Assembly (NCBI GenBank): GCA_977018835.1
Contig: OZ361259.1
Coordinates: 2,108,001 to 2,172,000 of the forward strand
DNA: 64,000 nt
From: Minutocellus sp. GHC0000111
Lineage: Eukaryota
Direction: 5' to 3'
A program made the position numbers and the translations under genes. Positions 22,938-36,342 of the stretch are shown one piece after another (positions within the stretch are counted from its first letter, which is position 1; each line of letters opens with the position of its first letter). The notes beneath the pieces are model-generated. The model did not search any database. It was not told the origin of the DNA and saw only the letters and a list, made by a program, of their open reading frames with translations.

Positions 22938-23445
22938 AAAGCCTGGATATTCCGCCGGTGACTTGAATTTCGTCATTTTTGAATCCGAGAATGATTTGTT
23001 CCACCGCGATGGAGACCAGTTGTACAAGACCATGGAAATCCCACTGGTGGATGCATTGGTGAGTAATATGGATGGTGCTTCGTAAATGTTTGCTAGAAAT
23101 GGTACTTTGATTTCCTCATTTCCTAAGTTTGCATTCATATCTCAATCCTCACACTCTTTAACCTCGCCCCAATATTTTCCGATTATGCTTTAGACCGGAT
23201 TCGAAATCGAGCTAACGCATTTGGACGGACACAAGTTCACTGTCAATGTCGATGGCGTAACAGAATGTGACCACGTTAGGCGTGTTCCTGGTAAGGGAAT
23301 GCCGCGAAGGAGTGGACGTGGCTTTGGTGATCTTTATCTCACTTTTGAGGTGGATTTCCCCGATGAGCTGAGCCAGGACCAAAAGGATGTCATCAAGAAG
23401 ATTTTGGGTGGCGGCAATGCTGCGTCTGGAAGCGATGAGTTCTAA
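22520..23445 (+). pseudogene. 5'-truncated ERdj3-like gene lacking signal peptide and J-domain
   Basis: Copy of 4272-5197 including the intron. Confidence 0.9.
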
Positions 23446-23549
23446 TTTGCTACCTTCTACGTAGCTATTGGGCAAACACATATTCTCTTTGGCCTGTGAT
23501 ATAAAATTCTAAATTCAGAGAGATGGCATTTTTGAGAGTAGATCTACAA

Positions 23550-24218
23550 TTATTTATCTACAAGTACTTCTCCCCACTTTCCTCCTATAACACAAGCGTG
23601 AAAATCCTCCTCGCTTTCTTCTATTTTTCGACTGAGACACATGACAACGAAGTATGATAGAGCTAGGCTCGATCCAACCGAAAGAAAGGCGCCAAATATT
23701 GAACCCCCTTTTTGAAATAGGTCAACGATGCAGATCCAATTGAAAGCCAACCACAACAATGCAGCCAAATGAATGATGATAAGCTTTCCGATGAAGCGGG
23801 TGCTTGGTATGATCTGTTTGACCGAGTCTCCTAGAACTGCTTTGAGAATGCATAGGGACTCAGATACACTTCCATGGAAAGATCGAGGGATGCTTTTCTT
23901 CAGAACGTAAAGCATAAGGAGAGACTTTGTTATCAATGGAAAGGCATTGGATGAAGGAACCAGGAAGATGGAAAACGCAGTTGATTTGTCTCAGCCGATC
24001 ACACGATATTCTTCACCTTCTACATGATATGTCATTATCGGAGACCGACTCCTATAGATTTGTGGAGGCATTTGACAAATGGTTTGGACAAGGGAAAGAG
24101 CACACAGGGCTAAGAAGACGTTGTAGATTTTTCGATTTCTTTGGCTAAGTTTCGGTCTAGCCGAGGGCGTCACGACGAAGACACCCTCATCGGAATCAAT
24201 CATTGCTTCACTCATCAC
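23550..24218 (-). pseudogene. Membrane protein with in-frame TGA (copy 2)
   Basis: Copy of 5302-5970 with the same stop at 23991-23993. Confidence 0.55.
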
Positions 24219-24609
24219 CAGATGTCATCTTATACTGAAGAGATCCTTTAGTTTCCAGAAGTACTCCCATTTATCGTGACTGAGTGCACGATGCAATTAC
24301 CTCCACGAAGAGGTGACAGGTGGATCTGTTTCGCTCGGTCGAACGAGTCTAGCTACGTAGGAGATGTGTTCTCTCCCAATATCGTTTGGAAAAGAAGTGC
24401 ATTGATATTTGATGAACTACGGTACGCACTTTGCCAATAGAGAGCAATAAGAATGTCGCCTATGTACATAGATGTTGATTAGATTTCTACAGTAGATCTA
24501 CTTGCGCATTGCATTGCTTTCTTGTTGAGAGACCGCGTCAGCCAGCCAATTTGATCAGCCAGCCATTCGAGCTAGCCAATTCAGCCTGAGCTCACTCAAC
24601 TCTCTGCTC

Positions 24610-25800
24610 TCAACCAGAAGCAGCAGCGTTCTCCGCCTCCTTCTCCTTGATCAATTTCTTGAGGAAAAACTCGCCGGCCTTGTAACTGCTTCGAACCATG
24701 GGACCACTCGCAACGTACTTGAATCCCAAAGCTTCCGCCTCCACCCTCCACTCATCGAATTTTTCCGGCGTAACATATTCCTTCACAGGCAAGTGTCGAC
24801 GGCTAGGTTGCAGGTACTGACCAAAGGTCAGGACATCCACATCATTGGATCTCAAGTCTTCCATCGTGGCACGAATATCATCATCCGTTTCACCCAATCC
24901 CAACATTAGCGACGTCTTGGTTAGGGCGGTATCATTCACCTCCTTCACTCGACGGAGGACCGACATGCTCTGTTCGTATCCAGCTCTTCGATCTCGCACC
25001 CGCTTTTGCAATCGCTCAACAGTCTCAACATTGTGCGCATACACGTCCAATCCCGAGGTGGCCACCAGATCTACCAGGTCCATCTCGCCACGAAAATCGG
25101 GGGTAAGAGCCTCGACCAATATGTTGGGGTCCTTCTCCTTGAGCTTTTGCACCACACTACGGAAATGACCAGCACCCTGGTCCTCAATGTCATCTCGATC
25201 GACGCTGGTAAGGACCACGTAGTCCAGCCCCCACTTGGTCACAGCCGCGGCAACCTTCTCCGGTTCCTCGGGATCCAATGGAGGGGGCGCACGGCTTGTC
25301 TTGACGGCACAGAAGGAGCAGCCTCTCGTGCAAGTATCGCCCATGATCATGATGGTTGCCGTGGCGACGTTGTCTTCTCCGCCACCCCAGCATTCGCCGA
25401 TGTTGGGACACTTGGCCTCCTCGCAGACGGTGGCCAGGCCAAGCTCTCGGACGGTCGAGCGGAGGGCCTTGTAATTTTCCGACGTTGCCGGCTGGGCCTT
25501 GAGCCACTTGGGTTTCGGGAGGATTCGTGCCGACTTCGGAGGCGCCTTGCGTCGCTTCACCGGAGTAGTCGTCGATGTCTCACTGCCGTCGTCTACACCA
25601 CCACCGAGTGCAAAGTCGTGAATGTTGGCATCCTCCTCGGCAAGTCGTGTTCGAAGAGCTTCCAGTCGACCTCCGCCCGGTGATGATGAGTCAGATGAGG
25701 CATTGGCAGACGTTTTGGTTACGGTTACTGTCGACAGAGCACGCCGAGTGCCCGCAATGCGCTGGGCGGCTCCAAGTATAGGACGAGATGTGCTGATCAT
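24610..25800 (-). CDS. LIAS: Lipoyl synthase (copy 2)
   Basis: Identical translation to 6362-7552. Confidence 0.95.
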   Translation of the reverse strand: MISTSRPILGAAQRIAGTRRALSTVTVTKTSANASSDSSSPGGGRLEALRTRLAEEDANIHDFALGGGVDDGSETSTTTPVKRRKAPPKSARILPKPKWLKAQPATSENYKALRSTVRELGLATVCEEAKCPNIGECWGGGEDNVATATIMIMGDTCTRGCSFCAVKTSRAPPPLDPEEPEKVAAAVTKWGLDYVVLTSVDRDDIEDQGAGHFRSVVQKLKEKDPNILVEALTPDFRGEMDLVDLVATSGLDVYAHNVETVERLQKRVRDRRAGYEQSMSVLRRVKEVNDTALTKTSLMLGLGETDDDIRATMEDLRSNDVDVLTFGQYLQPSRRHLPVKEYVTPEKFDEWRVEAEALGFKYVASGPMVRSSYKAGEFFLKKLIKEKEAENAAASG

Positions 25801-25966
25801 TGTCAAATGAATGAATGAGCACAGCAGCGCGTTGCCTTTGACCAACAAACAGTTTCCACAGCTGCTGCTGAATGAAGTGAAGTTCGTCGTTGGCGATGGC
25901 GGCGATCGAAGCCGACGATGAAATAGCAAAACAGAAAAATTCTGGATGAGCAGAGTTCTGCAGTTC

Positions 25967-27962
25967 TCGTCGCTTAGCTTTGGGCGAAGCCGAGGAAACC
26001 CGGAAAGTAGGACGGCAAGTGCGTTGGCGACCAAGAGATGGACGGCCGGCCATCGTCGACCCCTCAGTTTGTTGTCGGTCTCGAGCTCGCAGAGCTGGTA
26101 GTAGCAGCTGGGAAAGTGGGAAGTAGAATAGAATAAAAGAAGATACTTCCGTCTCTTAGCGCCGCAGGCCACCTCAACAAAATCGGCACCTCGGCGGCGC
26201 ACAAAAGGCCGGGTAGAGGACCAATGACACAAACCCCCCCCCGGCGGCAAGCCCGCGACGACTGCAATGGGTGGAGGCAAGAATGACTCCGAGGCCAGCG
26301 ACGATCGCAGACGACGGGGCTTCAACGCCTGTCTGATGCGTAGCGGTAACCCTGCGCATAGTTGGCAAACAAAAAGGTCAGCGACGATTACGACGGGTGG
26401 AGCCAAGAAGGGCTCCGAGGCCAGCGACGATTGCGCCCATCGGCGCATAGCGGTAACCCGCCGTATAGCGGCAAACACAAGGTCAGCGACGATTACGACG
26501 GGTGGAGCCAAGAAGGGCTCCGAGGCCAGCGACGATTGCAAGGAGGGCAGCTTCGGCAAGGCCCTCCGAGCACAGCGGTAACCCGCCGTATAGCGGCAAA
26601 AAAATCAAGGATGGGTGGAGGCAAGAATGACTCCGAGGCCAGCGACGATTGCAAGGAGGGCAGCTTCGGCAAGGCCCTCCGAGCATAGCGGTAACCCGTC
26701 CCACAGTAGCAAGGGTGGAGGCAAGAATGACTCCGAGGCCAGCGACGATTGCAAGGAGGGCAGCTCTGGCAAGGCCCTCCGAGCATGGCGGTAACCCATT
26801 GCAGAGGAGACAGCATTTGAACAGGATCCGGTGAGTAAAACACATGTTTTGGTTGTTGTAATATTTTTGTCACATCCTCTCACTACTCCCATTTGCATCA
26901 AGGTCCAACTGAGGGCAAAACTCCCAGGATGAACAATGTCATCCAAATCTGTTTCACTTCCAAAATGCAAGACAACTGCATGGGTGCCTGCTCGCCCAAC
27001 CGGCGTGACACCACCGGCGGGGTAGCCGCACCCATTGCAATTGTCTCGGAGGTGGACCAGTGCCTGCCCCGCAAGCAACACCGAGCACGAGAGAAACCAA
27101 GGCAAGCTCGCGGGGCAGGGAGGTGGTGCTGAGAACTTGGGTATTTGCCAAATTTGGTTACATGTCTCAAGCTTCAACATGCATTTTGGGACAAAGCTAG
27201 CTGTTAGCAGCTCAGCTTTGGCAACCACACATGTAAATGAATACCACCGACACCTCTTGGAGGATCGGCATTGGGGCTACGGCCAAATAGATCTACCTAG
27301 ATCGAGTAGGTATTGCAGATGCTGGAATGGCACAAACACAAATGCTAAATGGTGATGGTGTTGGGCTCTAGACAGACCGAGGAGGGGAGGCGGCACTGGT
27401 GCTAGCGCAAAGATAGAGCGGGTTATGGGAACCATAATCGTCGCTTAGCTTTGGGCAGAACCAAGAAGCCGAGGAAACCCGGAAAGTAGGACGGCAAGTA
27501 AGTGCGTTGGCGACCAAGAGATGGACGGCCGGCCATCGTCGACCCCTCAGTTTGTTGTCGGTCTCGAGCTCGCAGAGCTGGTAGTAGCAGCTGGGAAAGT
27601 GGGAAGTAGAATAGAATAAACCCGCCCACCCAATGCCCCGGTGCTGAGAACTTGGATATTTGCCAAATTTGGTTACATATCTCAAGCTTCAACATGCATT
27701 TTGGGACAAAGCTAGCTGTTAGCAGCTCAGCTTTGGCAACAACCACACACATGTAAATGAATGCCACCGACACCTCTTGGAGGATCGGCATTGGGGCTAC
27801 GGCCAAATAGATCTACCTAGATCGAGTAGGTATTGCAGATGCTGGAATGGCACAAACACAAATGCTAAATGGTAATGGTGTTGGGCTCTAGATAGACCGA
27901 GGAGGGGAGGCGGCACTGGCACTAGCTAGCGCAAAGATAGAGCGGGTTATGGGAACCATAAT
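25967..27962 (+). mobile_element. Split-direct-repeat element (copy 2)
   Basis: Copy of 7719-9718 with one substitution (27141) and a net 4-bp deletion near 27400 in B1. Confidence 0.7.
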
Positions 27963-28135
27963 GAGTTCGGGAGTGCAAAAATAGTCTGGCCGTCGCCCGC
28001 TCATGCTCGTACTCCTCGCGCGTCCCTTCGTCCCGTTCGTCCCGACAAGGTCTCCACTCACTCGTTCTCGATCTTGATGATACGATCGATAAACTCAGGT
28101 GTTTTCATATATTACCTGTATTTTGTGGCAACAGC

Positions 28136-29481
28136 ATGAGGTTCGTATCGTCGGCTTTAGTGGCAGCGCTGCTACTTCCATGCGCACATGGCTTCTCCGC
28201 ATCAGCCCCACCAAACGCTGGCGGTGCTCATGTGAGCGATCGTGCCGAGTTGGTGGAATCCTTCAAGGTCATGGACGTTTTACAGAGAGCAAATGAGTTG
28301 CAAGCAGAGGGGAAAGAGGTGCTGCACTGTGAGGTGGGCCAACCAGAGTCGGGGGCACCAAATTCTGTCGCGGAAGCTGCCATTGCGGCATTGACCGGCC
28401 CACCCAGGGAGGTTATGGGCTACACCGATGCCTTTGGGTTGCTACCCCTGAGAGAAAAGATATCGGCACACTACAAGGCCAAGTACGGCGACGACGCCGT
28501 GTCCGATGAGAGTATTGATCCAAGTCGCATTGTGGTAACGACCGGATCCTCGGGAGGGTTTCTACTCGCCTTTACGGCGTGTTTCGATGCGGGTGATTCC
28601 ATTGCCATTGCCTCGTCTGGCTACCCTTGCTATCGAAATATTTCAGGCGCATTGGGCATTAACCTTGTCAATGTCCCAATCAACGAGGAGTTCAAATTGA
28701 CTGCTACTGAGTTGCAAGAGGAAATTGCACGACGAAAGGAGGAAGGACTCCCTCCCATCAATGGGTTGATCCTCTCGTCCCCATCGAATCCAACTGGTGC
28801 AATGCTGAAGCCGAAAGAATTAAAGGAGTTGTGCGAACTTTGTGACGAGGAGAACATCCAATTTATATCAAACGAAATTTACCATGGAATTGTTTATGGC
28901 AAGGAAGAGGCCACAGCCCTGCAATATTCTGAGAATGCAATCATCATCAACAGTTTCTCCAAATACTACTCCATGTCAGGATGGCGATTGGGTTGGATGG
29001 TGATACCTGAGGCTCTGGTCGATCCGATCAATAGGTTGCAACAGAATATGTTCATCAATGCACCAACCATCTCACAAACTGCTGCGTTGAAATGCTGGGA
29101 CGCTGACACATTGTCCGAATTGGAAGGTCACGTCGAGAAATATCGGACATCTCGGGGTATTATTTTGGCAGAGTTGGAAACGATCAAGGAGATTGACTCC
29201 AAGAATGTCGCTCCTGCCGATGGTGGCTTTTACGTATATGTAGACTTGGGAGAGGAAACGTCGCACCAGACCTAGGATCCATCGCCATGTGCAAAGCCCT
29301 CTTGGAGGAAGAGAATGTGGCGTTCACTCCAGGATCTGATTTTGAGGATCCGTCGGGAGTGCTTGGTGATCGTCGCTTCAGAATTTCGTACGCTGGAGGC
29401 GTGGAGACGGCAAAGCGAGCAATGGATAGATTTCATCGCTTCTGGCCAACATGGCTTGAGAGAGTAAAGAATGCTAGCTAA
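28136..29481 (+). pseudogene. Class I/II aminotransferase with frameshift (copy 2)
   Basis: Copy of 9892-11237; same frameshift and NEIY; one I>V difference. Confidence 0.8.
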
Positions 29482-29508
29482 TGAATGTGTACGATTGGTA
29501 TTGCGTAA

Positions 29509-30550
29509 CTAATCTCGAATAAGTTTATCAAATGCTATACCAACTCCATATGCAAGGCCTCCTCCAAAGCCGGCAATTATTAAATTTTCCATCGCCGCCT
29601 CTAGCATTCTCCCTCTCGTTGCCCACGTCTTTACTGCACCAACGAAAAGAAGAGCGAGGCCTGTTGCGACAGCCGCCGCGATGAGGCCATCGAATGGATC
29701 GTCGATGAACACAAACGGGAGTACACTTGGCAAACTTCCCAGAAAGAAGAGGGCACATGATGTAAGTCCAGCCACCACTGGACTTCGACGTTCCTCTTCA
29801 ACAACTCCAAATTCGAGTGCAATCATTATCTTCAATAGATCATCTGGATTCCGCTCGTAATGTGATAAAAGCTGCTGGCGCAGAGTACCAGGAGAAGCAG
29901 CCCCGTCTTTTGCTTCTTCCTCATCAATCTCTGAATCCTCTTCTGGTATCCCGATTAGCGATAGAAGCTCTGACAATTCCAACAATTCATCGTTGCGATA
30001 TTTCTCTATGTGCTTATTTTCCAGTGCAATTTCACCTCGGAGCACTTCGTCCTGACTCTTTGTGGCTACATATTCGCCAGCGCACATACTCACTGCTCCA
30101 GCAAGGGCACCTGCTATTGCTGTTAAAAGTATATCTGTCGTTGAAAGGCCACCTCCTGCCACACCGGCAACAAGTAAAAAGGTTGATACCAACCCATCAT
30201 TGACTGCAAAGTAGAGGATAGAAATTGAAATGTAAGTTGGGATCCCTCTAATATAAGATCATGAGTGGACACGAACAACACATGTATGACTTACCACCAA
30301 GAAGAATATCTCTCCAATATTGCCGATGCTTTCCCAAGTGTTCCTGCGTTGCTGGCGAATCAGTCGCCACCGATCGTGTGGAAGCGAAGCCTGAAGGACC
30401 GTTCGAGGGGTTCTTGTTGGCGCCGCCTCGGTTCAAGCTACTGCTCAGCGCCGCATCATCTGAGATATGAACGCTGCCATAGGATACATCCGGTACGTTA
30501 TAGAGCCTGCAATTGTCCGAATTCTTCATTGGTTGGTTCGTTCTTGCCAT
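29509..30550 (-). CDS. VIT1/CCC1 transporter (copy 2)
   Basis: Copy of 11265-12306. Confidence 0.92.
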
Positions 30551-30736
30551 CTTGTAGAATGGCCGTTCCTCCAAAGCAACAGGCATTCGCTGTTTTGGGG
30601 TGTCATGTCATGCAGTGCATGAGTGCATAGTGCATGGCGAGATTAGAAGATGTTGTGCTACTCAAAAAGAAACCCGGAAAGTGGAAATGGCACATCTTTG
30701 CATCTTGCGCTTTTCCGTTTCATTTTTTCTGAGATC

Positions 30737-32242
30737 ATGGCGATGAAGATATCCATCAGCGCCCTGCTTTTGCCAGCGGCGTTGGCCAGGGGAGGATCGG
30801 TAGCGGCGGCGCCAATCACTGATCCGACAGCGACAATATCTGCTCGCCTCTTGGGAAAGGCAGTGCCCCTCCAGGAGTATCAAAGTCAGCATCCGAACGA
30901 CGAGTCTCTTCAACGACAACTCGCCAACAATGACAACAACGGTGACAACTATTACGTTACCTCCAATTCATACGACTTTGCATCGTACAGCCTCAAATAC
31001 ACAACATGCCAGCGGGTCCAGCACTTCTCTTCGGAGGCAATCGGTAACGGTGAATCGTCACCTCTCGTTACAACTGATATTGTACTCCTTCGTTTGTGCC
31101 CAGAGCGACGATGTGGTGCCAACTCCGAGATGGGTTGCTCGGTAGGTTGGGGTGATTACGTATTGAGCCTCGACGAGTATGTTCGTATCATGACCAATTA
31201 CGAGCTGGATAAGCAGCGCAATCTTTGTGGTCTATGCGAAGCATGTCAGAAAGGCTATGGAGACTTCTATTACTCTGGATACCGTTACAACAATGGTGGT
31301 CGGCAACGAAGTCGTCAGCTCGAAGATGTCGCAGATGCAGGAGACGACGACGCTGCCACAGATGATGCAGTCGCTGCCTATGACGATGACTACACGGAAG
31401 GTGGGACTTGCTATACAAACTCAGCTCTTTGTCACATCAACGAGGAATCATGTGCCAACTTGGACGCAGGTGGTGACGAGAACGAAAATGGGTATGCCTC
31501 ATACAGTGATTTTCTGAATTATCTTGGTTGTGTCGAGGTGAAGGATGGCATGTACATCAATGCTCGATGCGATTCTGACTCCAATAAAATTGGGTGGGGG
31601 GTATTCTACGACCCATACTGCACCCAGTATGCTGGTAACACCATCAACATTAATGCAGTTGTCGATGAAGACATCATCTTCGAGGCCGATGCCTTCGAAA
31701 GTTTTTTCAATGGCCAGTGCATTCCCTGCAGCAGTGGATCTGCTCCGTACTTCAATTCCAACAACAATATGTGTAACAAAATGTACGAACAGAGCGATCG
31801 ATGCAATGCTTACATTGCCTATGACTTTAACGATAACAATGCTGACGAGGGCGATGGGAACGTGTGCAGCTTCATCAGATCCATTAGAAATGGCGCCTTT
31901 AATAAAGAGGGACTATTTGGTGTCAAATCCTTGGGCGATGGGCCAGTCACACGATCTCAGATTGTTACATTGGTTTGCATTGGTGTCGTATTCATTTCTA
32001 TGGCCATTTACTCATGTTGGCTTCACCATGAAATGACTAATCTTTTACTCAAGTCGTTGGCGCGGAAAAATCTGATGGATGAAGTGGCGCGGAAAGCCAT
32101 TAGAGACCGAGAGGAGCTCGGCAGATCAAACAAGAGTGGGGTATATCGGAGCAGCGTTTTGGGAAGGTGGACGCGGAATAAGAAAAAGAAGAACCATGTT
32201 GCCCCTAGTACGGACAGTGAGGATGAGGACGAGTCAGAGTGA
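30737..32242 (+). CDS. Silicanin-like membrane protein (copy 2)
   Basis: Copy of 12493-13998 with one synonymous change. Confidence 0.7.
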   Translation: MAMKISISALLLPAALARGGSVAAAPITDPTATISARLLGKAVPLQEYQSQHPNDESLQRQLANNDNNGDNYYVTSNSYDFASYSLKYTTCQRVQHFSSEAIGNGESSPLVTTDIVLLRLCPERRCGANSEMGCSVGWGDYVLSLDEYVRIMTNYELDKQRNLCGLCEACQKGYGDFYYSGYRYNNGGRQRSRQLEDVADAGDDDAATDDAVAAYDDDYTEGGTCYTNSALCHINEESCANLDAGGDENENGYASYSDFLNYLGCVEVKDGMYINARCDSDSNKIGWGVFYDPYCTQYAGNTININAVVDEDIIFEADAFESFFNGQCIPCSSGSAPYFNSNNNMCNKMYEQSDRCNAYIAYDFNDNNADEGDGNVCSFIRSIRNGAFNKEGLFGVKSLGDGPVTRSQIVTLVCIGVVFISMAIYSCWLHHEMTNLLLKSLARKNLMDEVARKAIRDREELGRSNKSGVYRSSVLGRWTRNKKKKNHVAPSTDSEDEDESE

Positions 32243-32429
32243 AAGGAAGTGGATCAATCACAAATGTTACCGAGCCTACTGGTTGAAGTGAAACGGAAGC
32301 TTGTAAATATGCTTTTACATACAATTTATATCGAAATACTTTACTTTGTTGACGTCTACCCACGCCAATAAAAACCATGGTGAAGTTAAAAAGGGGGAGA
32401 TCGGCTCAAAACGCAAAGCACCTGTGGCA

Positions 32430-33170
32430 TTACATGAACGTGAAGGCAATGGCGATGGCACTAATGACCAATCCTCCTCCAAAGAACGAGGCCGAGCTAG
32501 TAGTAGTATCACCTGGATTTTCAGGAACATCCATCCCCTCAGACAATTCAATGCCCTCGGCGCTCTGTGGCAGAGGTCCATCCTTGAACTGAGTGTAACC
32601 AATCGTCTCACCGAAGTTGGCCGTGATGTTGTAGACATACTCGGCCTCATCGGTACAAGTCGTTCCGTCCGCCATTTCGATGTCGACCATCAACTTGTAT
32701 TTGTATGCAATCGGTTCAAAGCACAGATCCACAACAATTTGATGATAGGTATTCTTGAGTCCCCATCCAGTCCAGATGTCCCGTCCCCAATAGCTCTGGA
32801 CGAGCGGCACAGTCTCCTCGGGAAACACGCCCAATGAGTTGGTAATGTCACGTTTCACACTGATGAGCTTGGCGTCGTCAGGACCGACGTATTTCCAAGT
32901 AAAGTCGAACTGGACCGTCCGCAGACATTCGTCCCACTTGACGTCCTCCTCTCGAGGAGTTTGGATGGCCATGCAGTCCGTGCCTGGGGCGGCATAGGTG
33001 GGAAGGCTTTCGTCCTTGGGAAACTGCGATTCGGTCTCGCCATTCTGGGCCGTGCAGTCAACGGAGACGACACTCTTGTATGGGACGGCGCACGCGGCGG
33101 CATCAACGGTGTTGGCCGAGACCACCAGGGCCAGGAGGGCGGCGAGGGCAGAGGTGCAACTGAGCTTCAT
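32430..33170 (-). CDS. Putative GPI-anchored protein (copy 2)
   Basis: Copy of 14186-14926. Confidence 0.75.
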   Translation of the reverse strand: MKLSCTSALAALLALVVSANTVDAAACAVPYKSVVSVDCTAQNGETESQFPKDESLPTYAAPGTDCMAIQTPREEDVKWDECLRTVQFDFTWKYVGPDDAKLISVKRDITNSLGVFPEETVPLVQSYWGRDIWTGWGLKNTYHQIVVDLCFEPIAYKYKLMVDIEMADGTTCTDEAEYVYNITANFGETIGYTQFKDGPLPQSAEGIELSEGMDVPENPGDTTTSSASFFGGGLVISAIAIAFTFM

Positions 33171-33817
33171 TATTGTTCTGCGGCTTTGATTCGTAGTGTT
33201 TGAGATGAGGGTTCTGTAGCTTCTTTCGAGGAAGGGGTCGCTTCTTGTGTTTGTTCTTTGCAGAAAAATGAAAGTAGCGATGGACGAAGAATTTTAGAGA
33301 ATGAGGGCGAGAGGCAAACCGAAGAGTATGCTGCTGCTTGAGATGCGAGGGTGCAGTAATTTGCTTTATGCGGTCTGGATTGATAGCCACGAACCAATCG
33401 GAAGTGATCAAGGAGAAGAGAACGCAATAAGTATGAATGCAATTGCGGGTACATGTATGCGGTCTTGGTGATGACGGGCAGTTGATGCCGACGATCTTCT
33501 TCTTCTTGCTGTGGCGGGAGCGGTCAACGGAAATCGAATAAATTTCGTCATCATGAGGTACGTCGTAAGCGAAAAGGCCTTAGGCCCTTGTTTGGTCGCA
33601 TGTTTTCTCAGGGCTTTCATTTGACCTTTTGACCGCGCGGTGCAGGTGCAGGCAGGTGAGCCTTGGATTCATTGCACGACACCCTGCGCTCTGCCCCACT
33701 GTCAGGCCAGAATAAGAAGGAAAGGGCCCAACTTTTCGTTGCTTGAGCGGAGGCGTGCGCGTGCGCTGGTCTCTTGTTTCCGCAAACGAAAAATTAATAA
33801 TATTTTTGACGGTAGCG

Positions 33818-36259
33818 ATGGGGGGAGGAAGGCGTTCCGAGAGTAGTCAGGATGCCGGTACCGATGCTCACAACGTCGTCTACTATGATCGTGATCACGT
33901 CGAGGCCAACGATGGTGCTTCTCAAGACTACGGCGACAATGATCCTGCCAGTGGAACTACGAGCCGCGGTGGAGTCGCTCACGCGTCCAAACGCGGCGGC
34001 GGTGGCAAAGACGCCATTGTCTGGTGGGACATCAGCCAGTCGCAGGCATCGCAGATGAGCCAGTATTCGGCCGGCGAGGACCATCACGACCACGACCGCA
34101 AAACATCTCACAATACCCGATCGACCAATAGGCAGCTGCCATCCTCCTCCACGACAACGACCCCTCGTTTCCTTTCGAGGGATGAGCGCCGGAAGAGATC
34201 CCGGATGGCACAGGAACAGCAGCAGAGGCAGTATGAGCATTCGGATTCCTCTTCGGATGACGACGACGATAATGTTAGTGATGGTGGAAACGACGGCGAT
34301 GGACCAGTCGAGGAAGGCAGTGAGGATCCATTTGCGACCATCATGGGCAGCCAGAACAATGATGATTCGGATAATGATGACTCTGATGATGACGGCAATG
34401 GCGGTGAGGGGGAAGAGATGGACAACAATGACAGCCAGTACGACCACGATATCCCTGCCAAGGTACACGACAAGACCCCTGCCGATCAACAAATGGCCGA
34501 AGAGGACAATGTCGATGATAATGATTATGACGATGATCCAGACGACTTCCCCATCCCCGACCAATCTCCTCCAACCAGTCCTGCTCCAGCTGATGATGTT
34601 CAAGATGAGTATGGAAGCCAACACAATTCCATGTATGCGTCCAGAGGTGGCAATCGTATCCAAAAATCAACAGCTAGCAACTACGCTGGTGAATTGCATT
34701 ATGATGATGATGGCGACTGCGGCTATGTATACGGCGTCGATGATGGTGGATGCGGGGGGATCGACATGAATGCTCTCCGCCGACAGTCGATGAAGCGAAG
34801 TATTGGCAGCACCAAGAGTAGCAGCAAGCATTCGACACGACAGTCGATGTCGATGACAACGTCAATGACAGCATCTCGGAGTATTTCTTCCAAAAAGAGG
34901 AGTCGATCGTCCTTTGCTGGCTTCGGTGGTGGCAGAGGAATGACAATGCACGACGATGACGACCTCATGTCCGATCTTACCAATGCCGCGGGTGGCAATA
35001 CCGATATGCTGGTCGCTGCCAGAAAAGCTGTCGCTAGTGGTCGTGGCAGTATCGGCAGTGCCAAGCAGTCTCGATCCAAAAAGACCAGCGCTCAAAGGAA
35101 TGATAATTCTTCGAACGATACTGGCGTGAAGAAGGCCAAGTCGTCCATTGTTGGCTCTAGACCGATGCACTGGGGCGGGGGGCTGGGTCGAAAGAGTTTC
35201 TCGTCCACGTCAAAGCAGCGCCAAGTAGAATCGTCGGCCAGTGCCAAAGTGGCAAAGAAGAAGTTATCGGATGCAACTCGGCGATCGACGATGGATCGCC
35301 TTGCCTCTGCGTCTCGACGAAAGAGCCGGGCGAAGGGCGCAGCAGCTCCAAAGACCCCGGCATCATCCCTTAGTAGAGCTGCAGCTAGCGCCTCCAGCAG
35401 CGGCACTGGAGGGACGACCGCCCACACTCCCAAGTCCAAGGGTAGCAAGTCGGCAGAAACACCTGGCACGGCGGCATCGTCATCGTCCAAGTGGGAGCGG
35501 CACGTGAATCTTCGTGAGATGGAGTTTGCTCCAGCGTTCATCAGTAGTCGCCCATCTGATGCCAATGCTGGTGCCGCCATGGGCTTGTCGATTCAAGATG
35601 ATGTTGCTCTCACCCCCAACGGTCACCAGTCCCACCCCCAGAGTAGCCAAGGAGTGACGCCCGTGAGATTCAACCTCGATGGTACCAATACCGGCGATGG
35701 CAGTATGGATGCCAACATGGCATCGTCGATATCGGCCACGCCCTGCCTCTCGGGGAAGCGATCCAGAAAGAGGGCCAAGGCGATGGGACTGACCAAGCTT
35801 CTTCGGGACATCCGTTCTGCTTCGGATGGTGACTGTATGCGCCTCAAAAGTGGTGCCAACCAGGCCCCTCGTGATCTGACTAGACGCAGACGAATGACCG
35901 ATGTGAGTGATCCGCGGAACCGCGCAACTCTTTACATTGATGTTACTTTGCTGGGAGATCCCATTCCTTGGGAAGGAGGGATCAAACGGACAACGATTCT
36001 TGGATATGTCCACTCTACGCACGTTCAAAAAGCTGACGATGTTGTTAAGCATATGCTTCCCAAAGCAGAGGCATTTGCATGGGTGATTCTTGATTACGAT
36101 ACTATCAATGAAAAGAGGATTGCTCGTGGAACTCAGCTCCGTATTTACGACCCTACTTTGATTCCTTCTCTTGAGGACTTGCCCTCCACCATTGCTTGCA
36201 CTAAGGTCTGTGAGTTATATCCTACAGATTTACCTCCACTCTTCCGTTCCAAAATGTGA
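33818..36259 (+). CDS. Large disordered protein (copy 2)
   Basis: Copy of 15574-18015 with one L>P difference. Confidence 0.7.
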   Translation: MGGGRRSESSQDAGTDAHNVVYYDRDHVEANDGASQDYGDNDPASGTTSRGGVAHASKRGGGGKDAIVWWDISQSQASQMSQYSAGEDHHDHDRKTSHNTRSTNRQLPSSSTTTTPRFLSRDERRKRSRMAQEQQQRQYEHSDSSSDDDDDNVSDGGNDGDGPVEEGSEDPFATIMGSQNNDDSDNDDSDDDGNGGEGEEMDNNDSQYDHDIPAKVHDKTPADQQMAEEDNVDDNDYDDDPDDFPIPDQSPPTSPAPADDVQDEYGSQHNSMYASRGGNRIQKSTASNYAGELHYDDDGDCGYVYGVDDGGCGGIDMNALRRQSMKRSIGSTKSSSKHSTRQSMSMTTSMTASRSISSKKRSRSSFAGFGGGRGMTMHDDDDLMSDLTNAAGGNTDMLVAARKAVASGRGSIGSAKQSRSKKTSAQRNDNSSNDTGVKKAKSSIVGSRPMHWGGGLGRKSFSSTSKQRQVESSASAKVAKKKLSDATRRSTMDRLASASRRKSRAKGAAAPKTPASSLSRAAASASSSGTGGTTAHTPKSKGSKSAETPGTAASSSSKWERHVNLREMEFAPAFISSRPSDANAGAAMGLSIQDDVALTPNGHQSHPQSSQGVTPVRFNLDGTNTGDGSMDANMASSISATPCLSGKRSRKRAKAMGLTKLLRDIRSASDGDCMRLKSGANQAPRDLTRRRRMTDVSDPRNRATLYIDVTLLGDPIPWEGGIKRTTILGYVHSTHVQKADDVVKHMLPKAEAFAWVILDYDTINEKRIARGTQLRIYDPTLIPSLEDLPSTIACTKVCELYPTDLPPLFRSKM

Positions 36260-36342
36260 CGGTGCAATTATTGAAGGGTGATGTGGCTGTGTTGAGTACG
36301 TCGAGCTACAGTACTAAGGGAGTATTGACAATCTACCTCATT

